From contig JARFYF010000056.1 in the NCBI GenBank assembly GCA_030265395.1, positions 13,541,223 through 13,605,222 on the forward strand: a DNA stretch of 64,000 bases, in the 5' to 3' direction. Below are positions 28,101 to 40,100 of this stretch, one piece after another. A model generated the notes under the pieces. The model saw nothing but the letters and a program-made list of their open reading frames with translations. It was not told the origin of the DNA and searched no databases. The first letter of the stretch is position 1; every line of letters starts with the position of its first letter. The position numbers were made by a program, and so were the translations under genes. This DNA comes from Rhina ancylostomus. Lineage: Eukaryota.

Positions 28101-31100
28101 ATGGCTGTGTGGCTAAGTACAGCTCAAACAACATCTATAAATTCCCCAATGACACCACTGTTGTTGGTAGATCAATTGCAAAATCAAATCGAGAGCTTGC
28201 ATTGAGACTAATGTGACCAAGCGGAACACCAGAAATAAACTGGTGCTGCATTGCGTGAGACGCCATAGTAGATAGATTGGGAATTAGAAACTAAGGAAGT
28301 CAGGGGATGTGAGATTGGTAAAGGCAAATGGTACTGAGGTCAAAGATCAGCTATGAACTTACTGGATAATGGAGCAGCTATGAGGGTGTGAATGGCCTTG
28401 TGCTACTCCTATCTTCTATGTTCTTAGTATAATGAGAAGTCGTTCTATTTTGATAGTTACACTTCAGGGCACTGTTGAGGCAATACTGATTTGTTATTTT
28501 TCAAGTGGGTAGATGCTGAGCCAATATTTGCAAATTGGGTTAATTTGTGATTGTTCTCAATGCTCTTTATGGGTTCATGCTGAATTTATCCACATAAAAG
28601 CCACATCCTTCAAAAGGTTATTAATTGAGTATGAAAAATCTTGGGACCAATTTGAGGAAATGAAAAGCCACTTTTTTTTTTAAAAAGGTTTGTTTTTTAA
28701 TTTGTTCCAACAACATCTATCTGGGGGCCTAGTCTAAGTAACAGATGTGGTATTTCCTTGCAATACCCGAATCCTAACCTTTTGCCACTTTTTCCTGTTT
28801 CCTAGGTGAAGTGGAAGATCTAAGTAACAAGTTACAGTCATCACGGCAAAGAGTGGCAGAGTTGGAACGAACACTGTCCTCCGTCTCATCTCAACAGAAA
28901 CAGTCTGACAAAGTAAGTGGCTAATACTTTATCAGAAAGACCAAATTTTAATTTAATGAGATAAAATTAGCTTTATAATATTATATATTAAACCATTTCT
29001 TTACAGATAAGCAAAGAGCTTGAAAAAGAGCGAGAGAATCTTAAACAGGAAGTATACAGACTAAAGTGAGTATTAATTATCACATTTAAATCACTAGTTG
29101 TTTTCTTAAATGACAAACTGAGAAACGAACCATTTGTATTCAATTTTCAGTAAAATGAGTGAAGAGGTAAAACAACAGAACTCTGAGCTCTCAGAACAAC
29201 TGCGGTCCAGGGTATTAGAAAATGACACAATGAAAAATGATATTGAAGATCTGCACAAGAAACTGGAAATGGCTGAGCTGATGGTTCAACAGGTGGGACA
29301 GCTTCCATTTCAATATGACTTGTCCTCTTCTGGTCAAAGTGATTCAATCATTAGGTTTGTACTTAAAGCAGTAAGGGTTCAAGACCTTTAGAAAAGGGAG
29401 GAAGAGCCTTATAGGTTAGGAGAGAAAGAAAGCCCCAAGGGAAATGGACACATCCTCTTAACAGATGAATGAGGGACACAGATCTTGTGAAGTACCTGCA
29501 ACTTTTCTAAAATGTTTTGCAGTATCTCAGAGATCTTCATTTGGGACAGGGCTTCTCCTTGCTCAACACTGACTGTGCTAACTCCTTACTTAAATATTTG
29601 TGTGCACTAAGCAGTCTTAGAAGAATTTTCCTCACTTACTGAAAACACTACAATGGTTTTACACCATTTTTCAATGGTGAATTATTGATACACCTTCTAC
29701 AAGCCTTGGCCTTGCCTTCTGTCTAACAAACTTTATGACCTGATTTGGAGAGGCGTTCTGCTAGATCTGCCCAATGAGTGTTTCTTTCCAATCTGAGTTC
29801 AATTGCACTTTTCACCGCAGCATTTAATTGACCTGAATGAATTGGTTTTCTGTACCAAAAAACATTACATAGTGAAATCTTATTTGGATCTGGAAATTCA
29901 ACATTATTTGAGGATTTATATTGGATATTACAGTATACTTATAATGTGCATTAAAATTTCTGATGTTTTACTGAGAATAATTTTGTGTTTTTTATTCCTC
30001 CAGTTCTCAAATCAGTCGGGGTTGCCAGATGTTAATCAGCAACTGCATCTGGTTCTTGAAGAAAAAACTCATATAGAGGCACAGTTGATGCAAGTAAGGA
30101 TCGAGTAATTGAAGATTGATTAGTTGAGCTTCAATCCTTTGTATGTGACATGAGAGTTCTTGACTTCTCACTGATTTAGTATTTAGTTAGTTTCCTGCCA
30201 GCCAGGGTAGAAAACAGCTGAGGTGTATGAATCTTTCCCTTACCAAGGAAGGAGAGACTCAATACTTCACCAGAGTAGATAGGAAGTGTGGTGGCAACCC
30301 TTTCAGAGGGTAGAAAGCAGCTTGAACAGAACCTATTTGGAGTGAATTTTGTTGGAGTATGTAATTGTCTGAGTTGATCATGGTGCTATCATTTCAGTCA
30401 CTTGCTATTTTGTAATTGGTCAACACTTAATTATTTAGGTGTATATGTATGTCAATGTAGAAATGAGTAAAATTATCATTGAAAGGGCAATAAACTACAG
30501 CCCATCAATCAGGTTGATGGATGGCTGAATCTTTAGGCTAAATATCAAGTCATTTGTTCACTGTCATTGTAATACCTTTTTAAATTCACATGCTTATGAT
30601 ATATTGGAAGAAGATGCAATTTTAAATTTAAAATCCTGCTAACTTAAGCTGCCTGTCTTAATATAGCAGAGAAGGAACTAACTTTAAAATGGAGGAAAAA
30701 ATATCGGCACAATATGTGCTGCATCCTGAAATTCATCTTGTTGTTGTTTTGCAGGTGTCAGAGTCATTACGGCTACTTCTTGCCGAAAGAGATCAGTACG
30801 CTCAGAAGCTGCAGGAGGAGGGCAGTGTCTGGCAAGAAAAAGTTCAACAGCTTGCAGCACAAGTTAGTGGTAACAGTAAGAACTAAGTTTGTAGTGAATG
30901 TGTTGCTCCAATTTGCACTCAATAACCAAATATTTCAGCTTTTTATTGAAAGCAACATGTAATGTGTTCAATTTCAGAATTTAAACATAAACTTGATATC
31001 CTATTATTATGGGATTGTTTCTGTTTGTTGTCTCATGGTAAGATAAGATAGTGTCCTTTATACCTTTTTGTGGTGCAGACAGATTTGGGATATGCAACAT

Positions 31101-34100
31101 ATCAAAAAATGTTGCAGCACAAATTGCTTATTTGGTGCAGGTCTTTGAAAGAGCTGTCTGGTTTGTTGTTTCCCTCCAGCTCATTATATTTTTCCTAAAT
31201 ATATATTGCTTCCCTTTTTGAAAGTTTTTTTATTATTGAATCTTTAAACATTGACTGACCAGACATTGCATTCCATATCATGACAACTTCATATTTTTTA
31301 AAATTTGCTTCCTCTTCCCCTCTGGCTTTTTTTGCAGATTATGTTGTTTGTTTGATAACGGTGTGGCTACTCCCCAATGTTTTGCAGAGGACTGCACACT
31401 CTCTAGTAATAGCAAATGGCCAACTACAGGTCTGTTGCTGGAGGCTAGGGGTCCTGTTGTGTCTGGTTGCTGGTAGTAGCCATTTGCTTTCACTGTAGAT
31501 GGCAGTTTTCTTTGTGAGACACTGGCTCATAGTGAAGATTTGCAGCAACACTGCTTGATCAATGCAAATGTAACAGAGATTGGTGGTCCTCAACCCTCTT
31601 GGCTCTCTCCACCTTCATCCAAAAAATAATCCACTGAACAAGAGAATGCAATAAAATGCCTGCCAAAATCCCATTGTACAGATCTTTGTAATGGATGAGC
31701 AAAATATTACAGACGGTGAGCTGAAATGGAAGATGTTGCTCTGTTCTAATGACAGGTTATTGACTTAATGAACTTAAATATATAAACCAACAGGTAAATA
31801 ACCCAGAATCTGTATGTAGATCCAACAACCTGAGAAAAATAGCCAGTGAAAATATTAAATACAAATATAATTACTAGGCTACAGGCTGTTGAAATCCAAA
31901 TATATTGTTTTGTTTTTTATTTTGTAGATGTTGCTTGAGCTAAGCCAACATTCTCCATTTTATTTTAAATTTATTCTTGGTTTGGAGTTGTGTTTATGCT
32001 GATTAATATCTTCATATGCAGAATGTATATGAAAATACTCAATATATTTATTGGACAGATAATCATGAGAAGTGCTTGCACAATTTGCTAGATTCATTTC
32101 CAACATAAATATCTCCACTCTGCGAATGTGTATTGATTAAGTAGTCTCTTCTATCTCCATAGAACCATTGATCACTTTGTCTCTGCAGGTGAATGCACTT
32201 TCAGAGGAGAAAAAACAAAATCTCAAGCGAATGCAGGATCTAGAAGCATCATTGACAGACCTTAAGAGTAGATCAGGTAATTGCAGTTTTTCAGCAGTTG
32301 GCTAAAACATTACAATTAACAACATGAATTGAATCATTTAAATATGATCACATTAAAGTAAGTAAAGGGTCCTTGGTCTAAATCTCACCTACCATATTAC
32401 ACCAGATGGCACTTTATGCAAATGTGGCACTTGCAGCATGAGAATGTTAATTTGTACAGAACAGAGATCCCAATGCAGCAGCTTTTGTGCACTTGGTAAC
32501 ATTAAGTTTACTTGTTATTTGTCAGTTGATGAACAAAATTCTTGTGGCTGTGGTGAAATTAGCAGGAATTTTCTGTGATTGGCAGTAAGTTAGAACAAAA
32601 GTAACTTGAAGAAATTGTTTTTGGTAAAGGATAACATAAATACATGGTTCATATGAAGCCCATAACTATTCCTTTTCCTCTTCATTCTGGTCCTTTTTAG
32701 ACTCCCTTTAGAACACTGGCTTTTTATAATCTTGTCTGTCCACTGGGTAGGAAAACAGTAGACTGATCTGATTTTTGTTTCTGTTTGGGGGTGTGTGGAT
32801 GTTATCTTCTGGAATCCCTTCATAATGTTGGTCTATTGTAAGCATATTTGTCCTGTGCTATTGAGGAATTCAGTATCAAAACACAATGGAAAGAGCCCTA
32901 GAATTTCCTTAAGAGGATTATTCATGGAGCAGTCTATTACTCTTCACCAAGGATCCTTACCAAGAAGGATATGTTGTAATTGCTTAATGAACAGAGATTA
33001 AACAGTTGCCACCCACTAATTAAAGCAAATTAGTAAGGAATTCCTGAATTTTAGTTTATTCAGAGTATATGACCTACAAAATGGATGCCAATTGATCACC
33101 ATAGGAGCAAAATATAGCAGACATAAGGACCCTGAAATGAAAACAGAAAATGCTGGGAATACTTAGCAGAATAAACAGATGAAAGGTTATGGATTTGAAA
33201 CATTAACTGTTTCTACCTTCACAGAAGATGCTAACCTGCTGACTAGTTTTAATTGCTCACTGGATACTGTTGGTGTGTTGTACTTGATGTTTAGCTCCCT
33301 CATACGTTTTGATCAACTGCTTGTTTCAGGCCAATGTGACCAGCGCAATCAACCAGTCGTCATTACACAGTGTTCTGAGGGATAAGTTTTGGAGTTGCAT
33401 AGTGGCTGGCTTTTCTCCTCTGGCACTGCTATCTGCTACTTTTTTGGCAATTGGGGTAGAGCTCTCGATCCTGTTCCCAGAGGGTAAAAACTTCTTTCAA
33501 GTTGGTGCAAATAGCCAATAACAAGAAGGGAAAGATAAGCATTTAGTGCATTTCAAAACTTCTTGAGGCACTATGTGCCCTGAGTACTTCTGTTTTAAGT
33601 GCAGTTGACGTTATGCAAGTGGGAGCAAGCTGTCACAAGCAGCAGTGAAAAAATAACCAGGTGACCTGTTTTACGTGTGGTTGAGGGATCAGTATTGGCC
33701 TTTTCAGGGCAATGTTGTGGTATGTTTGCATCATCTGAAAGGCTTCATTTTAACATTTCACCTCAAAGACTGCTTTGACATGGTCCAGTACTCGGTATGG
33801 ATTGTTAGCCTAGATTTTAAGGTTGGTCCTGTTTTGGCCCTGGAATTCTTATCCTGATTCAGAGGCACTGTGTGTGGCTGAATACCTCAGTGCAGAAACT
33901 GGCACTCTTGGTCTGGCATACTGGAGGGATATTTATTCTGCATCTGATTATACCGTAACTAACCAAGGAACATTCATGAGGGCCTTAATGGTATAAGATG
34001 TATCATAAAATATATACTTAAATGGAAAATGAATATAAATTATATTCTGAGGAACTTGATATTAAAATAGAGAAGTTCTGTTTCCCATCAGTAATGTGCC

Positions 34101-37100
34101 TCTCTTTTATGAGCACTAAAAGGTGAGGAAAATATTGTAACTTCCAAATTTGGAGACAGTGAGCCTGATAGCAAAAGGGACTCCACTACAGTATTGCAGC
34201 ATTCAGTCAGCAGTCAGAGAAGCCGATTCACATTTCTTCATGTGGAGGCAATACACTGTCAGCAAGATTTGGAAAACAACAGATTACCTACTTTTTCCAG
34301 AAGTGTAGAATAAATTTGCAATTACATAGCACTTTTCATGACATCCAANNNNNNNNNNNNNNNNNNNNAGTCATCTTTTGTTTTTGTAGTTTAATCAAAT
34401 AATGTGGAAATAACAACAACAAGATCTTGCTAACAAAACATCCAGATAATGCCCAGCTAATATGGGTCTTCAAAGTCCCCTTATCCATATTCAAGGTTAA
34501 GGTGTAGATTGTGCTAATATAAACTGCACAGTATATGGTGGACTGAGAATTTTGTATTCAGTGGCTCCAAGAGTTGAATTTTCCATTGGTGTTGTGCTAG
34601 TAACAAGTGTCAGACTTCTTTCAGTGGACACTAATAGCACTTTAAGGACTCCTCTCCTGACATGGTGTCTATTTATTTAAAACAAATCCTGTAATCTTCC
34701 ACCAACTCTTGTTCAAAATGGAATCAGTTTTGTGGTTGCTACTTACATTTGGACTTACCATATGCAAGGATTGGAATTGGGTTAATTCATTGAAGTAGGG
34801 TCTCAAAGATTAATATTAATTATAACCCAGAATGGGGCTCTTCAGCTGATTAGATCCATGCTGGCTCCTAGCAGAGTGATCCCATCAGTTATATTTCCCA
34901 TTAGCCCTGCAACTTATTTTCTCTCACATGCCTGTCAAGTTCCCTTTGATTCTTTTGCCATTTACCTACAGTAAGGGGAAACTCTCAGTAGCCAGCTAAC
35001 CAATGAGCATGTCTGGGATGTGGGAGAAAACTGTAGTACCTGGCAGAAACCCAGGTTGGCACTAGTAGAACACGGGAGATCCACCACAAACAGCACCCCA
35101 AGTAAGGATAGAACCCTTGGAGCTATGAGGCCAAAGCTTACACTACAGTGCCATTTGGGGTCCTTAAAAAAAAAAGATGCTCCCTTTGTACAAAACTAAA
35201 GTTAACAAGTGAGTAGTTCAGATATTAGGGCCTTGTTTCAGTCGTACACTGAATGAGCTGATCTAAGGTAGGGCAGCATCGATCAGGAAAACAAATAAGC
35301 CTCGGTTCTCACCTGCTAAATGGATGCATGGCTGTCAAGCCTAATTGAGATTGTAAAATGGGTTTGACTACTGGTTGTTCACTCCGCTGTAAAATTGTAC
35401 CTTAGCAACAAAAGCAACTTGCAGTTTAATGTCCCAAGAAACTTAACAGGACTTTTATCAAATAAACATCTTCTGATTCACATAAGGAAATATTAGAACA
35501 GGTGACTAAAACTCTGGACTCCAATTCTAGTCTCTAACAATATTACTTGCTCCACATATGTTAGCTGTACCTTCAGCTGAAGAATGGACACCCTGAGAAA
35601 TGCATAAGGAAACAAAATCTAAAACATCTCTTTAGAGGGAAAGTGGATAAATATTTGAAAAAGAGGAGTTAAGAATGTGAGTAATGGGTCCCTTTGAATA
35701 GAGAGAGCTGGCATTGTTACATTGGTAAGTTGGACCCTTGAGCTCTATGATTTTCAACCATTGATTAGAAATCCTAAAATCTTGCAAATGAAAGTGAACT
35801 TGATAAAGTAAATCATTACAACACATACAAAATGCTGGAAAAACTCAGAAGGTCAGGCAGCATCTATGGAGTGTCCTGATGAAGGGTCTTGACCTGAAAT
35901 GTCGACTGTTTATTTCCCTCCATAGACGCTGCCTGACCTGCTGAGTTCCTCCAGCATTTTGTATGTGTTGCTTCAGATTCCAGTATCTGCGGAATTTCTT
36001 GTATCAAAGTAAATCATTGAACCTTTTTGTAAAGTAAATGAAGTGCAAATCTTGTTGAATAATTGAGTTTATAATGCTGGTTGCCTTATGTTGTTTAGAA
36101 ATACATTGTGAGGTCAGTGAAAGCCAGACTACACCACAGCCCGAAGGCCCCACAGAGCAAGAGAGATTGCTGGAGGAGAATATTAAACAGCTGCAACAAG
36201 AGAAGGAGGAGCTGTACACTCAATACCAGGCACAGGTAAGAGGGATTCCTAATTGTAAGAAATGAAATGAATTTTAGGCGCAAATTCGACTTGAAAGCTA
36301 TGCTGTAGAAACTTGTTGAGGCATGGCTGCAGAGCCATGTAAATACAGGTTATGACTGCAGGAAAGACTTGGAAAATGATGGAGTGAGGACATAATGAAA
36401 GTTAAATGGAAATAGTATGGACAATAGATAAAGATTTAATCACGTACTAGCTGTTGTGTGGAAGCAGCTGTGATCTGCTAGAATGTATAAGTACAGCTTT
36501 TAGATCAGCTTGTAGTATTGAATGGTTCTAATGAGGAATTTCAACATCCTTATAAATTGGGATAAGCAGACTAACTTGTGTCAGAAAGGTACTGAATTTC
36601 TGGAATCTGATTAGAATGGTTTTCTGCAACAGCCTGTGTCAGAGCTGGCAATGGAGCAGACCACTTAGCAGTGAGGAGTAAGCCTCATTTGATTAACAAT
36701 CTTGCAGTAAATGACTGAGTTCAGAGTGGTGGTTGAAAGGAGGGATACATGAAATAACTACTAATTTTTAGATTTAGTTACGACTGATTTAAATGTGATG
36801 TAAAAGAGGTTGTCTTTTTGATAAGTTGTGCAAACCTTTAATGGATAAAAGGATAGAAAATCAGTGTGTCTCCAAAATTAATGAGCAAAATAACAGTAAG
36901 GTAGAAAATAAAGACATAAGAGACTGACAGATTCCTGGTTTTGATCCCAAGTTTTTAAAGGAAAGAGAGAAAATCATTGCAGATACACTAATTGTAATAA
37001 TGATCTCTCTCAATCAATTTTGGGAAAACTGCACAAAACACTCCTATTTAAAAAAAGAGCGACAGGACACCTGGTGAATTCTAACAACTATGGTGGGAAA

Positions 37101-40100
37101 TTACTGGAGTCCATAATTATGGATTATGTGAATGCTTTGAAAAGTTTCAATTGGTCGGAGAAATAGAATTTGGATTTATAATAATTGGATCACGTCTGAC
37201 AAATGTAATTGAATTTTGGAAGGAAACGTTTCTGGAAATGCTCAGCAGGTCAGACAGCATCTGTGGAGCATGAAGCAGAGTTAACATTTCAGATCAATGA
37301 CATGCATCAGTCCTAGATTGACATAAGCAGACTAGTAAACTTCTGTAATGTTTTCAGGAGCTTGCTGCATAATGTTTTCTGCAGTGAACTAGCTAACCTT
37401 GTTTGACATGCAAAAATATGTTTAAGGCGGCACAGTAGTTAGTACTGCTGCCTCACACCTCCAGGGTCCTTAGTTTGCTCCTGACTTCAAGTGCTGTTGG
37501 CCTCTTTAGGTATGTGACAATGAGCAGCTGAGTCGTTTGAACCAAGAGCAAGAAGAGAGACTGCAGGAACTGGAGCGGACAGTAGAGCGCTACAATGATG
37601 ATTCTGTGGACCGGAAGCAACTGCTGGAAAATATGCAGAATGACAAAGCTACGATAAGCAGGGCGCTGACACAAAATCGTGACCTCAAGGAACAGCTAGC
37701 GGAACTTCAGAATGGATTTGTCAAACTTGTATGTATTATACAATCACTTGTAGTAAAACACTCTTTCCTTACTCACAAGTACATTGTGAATTTGTGCCAG
37801 TAACCCTGACGATTTACTCTTGTATTCAAAATCCTAAAAGTTTATCATGCATTTTAGGTGCGATTAATATGTTCTTTTGATTAGTGTGAATTAGTTTCAG
37901 ATTTATGCAGATACTATAAATTATAAATCCAATAGTAATATTCATCTTCAGTTTGTGGAAGGAGTTAAATCTGAATAATTGCTGATCAGTTAATTTTGCT
38001 CGTTCATGCTGAAACTGCTAAACTTTGGATCTGAAGGGAACCAAGGGATGAAGCAATAGGGCAGGAAAATAGGGCTGAGATAATTAACCATAATCTTTTT
38101 AAATGGTGGAGCAATTTGAGGGGCCACCTAGTCTGCTGCTGTTTTTATTCTTCTAGTTAAGTCATTTACATCTTCAAAGATGACTTCCCATTGATGTAGC
38201 CTTATTCTTGGTTAGCAGATGAATCTTCCCACTGGATATTTCTTTCAGAGCTGTGTTTGTAGAAACCCTGAGAATAAGCCACACTTTATCACATCTAGAA
38301 TGATCATTTAACTATTCTGAAGAGTACTCTTGTCATGCCTTCCTTCATTGTGTACTTATCCTTCTCTCTGTAATCTTTCCCAAAACTCAGTTTTTTTTGT
38401 CAAAATTTGGGATGTGTTCACCCTCAACTTTGCTTTACTATTTCCTCTGTTCCTTATATCCTAGATGGGTACAGCCTCTTTCCTCACTGCTACAGAAGCC
38501 CCTATAACTTTAAGTCTGACAACAACCATTGCTGTTTCTCTCTGTTACTTGTTCCAATCTCCTTTAATATCTTTCCATTGTTCAGTTATATATAAAAAGA
38601 AACAAATGCTGGAAGAACCTAGTCGAGCAGACTCTGGAAAGGGAAGGCAGTTAAAGTTTTGGGTCAGGGGCACTTCTTCAGAACTAGGGGAAGAGTGGAG
38701 GGGTGTCAGTTTTCAGAGCAGAGCTGGGGGAGGAGGGAAGTGTGGAGGGGTGTTTAGGAGTTTTTTGATGCATGCCACTTTAGTTCTCAGTCCCACTCCT
38801 ATTCCAACCTCTCTGTGGTCCACTGCTATAGTGAGGCCCAAAGTAAACTAGAAGAACAAGATTGTATCTTCCATCTAGGTGCTTTGCAACCTTCTGGAAT
38901 GATATTGAATTTTCCAGGTAAGTGCTTTCTCATCGTTTGTCTTTATCATGCATATGTCCCTTTCTCACACTGTTTCTTTAAAGTACCTTGCCGATGGTCA
39001 GTACTTGCGCTCGTCACCTGATATCTCTTAATCTCCGTACAGTCTTTTGTCTTACGCATCGCTTCTACCCCTCAGCTCTGCTTTGAAGACTGAAACCCTG
39101 CCACTCTTCTCCCAGTTTCGAGGAAGGATCCCTGACCTGAAACATTAACTGGTTTGTCCTTCCACAGATGCTGTTTGACTGACTGAGTTCTTCCAGCATT
39201 TCTACTTTGGTGTCAGATTCCAGCATCTGCAGTTTTGTTTGTTTTCCTTTATTGTTCAGTTGTTGGCTGAAAGCAAAACATGCTTGAGAAGATTTCTTGC
39301 CCTCAAACTATTCTTGACCCTATAAGCATATGCATGTTTCTAACTTTGAGTCAATGGTGTATCTGACTGCTGCCAGCAGTGTGACACTACTTAAACATTT
39401 CTTTTCCATTTTCCATTCATCTTTTAACCAAGTCTGTGCAAATACTTGACTGCATCAGTATGCAAATAAGGATCAAAACTAATTTTGCAGCACATTGCAT
39501 GGATGTTTGGATGAAACCTTCTGAAACACTGCCAGGTCTTACTGTGGTTAATCTGTATGCAATCTTATTGCCTTCAGACCAATGAGAATATGGAACTTAC
39601 CAGCGCCTTACAGTCAGAGCAGCATGTAAAAAAGGAGGTGGCTCGGAGGATTGGAGAGTTGCAAGAAGATGTGATGGATTTGAAAGAAAAGGTATTGCTT
39701 TCTCCCAAAGTATGAAAGCCAGTTTACTTAATGTTACTACACTATAGTTCTTAATCTGATTGCAGTTTCACTTAAGGAATTGCTTATGCCAAAGCCCACA
39801 TCAAGTGCAGGAAACGTACATTATGCATTACAATCTGCCCCATACATGTTTTTTTTCCTGAGTGTTTTACCTTTCTCTGGCATGTTCAGCTTTTCACCTT
39901 GGAACAGGGGTCTCTCCTATATAAAAATTAAAACCCAGCTCAATCTGGGCCATTCTGATCCTAAACTTAACCCAAGTACTGACAGTTTATTTCCATCTCA
40001 ACCTACTCTGGAAGGTGCTTGCAAGATATTGGACTGGATAATACCACCAAGTCAGACAACATTTTCACCTGAAAAGGGCACTCCAAACCCAGGTAAAGTC

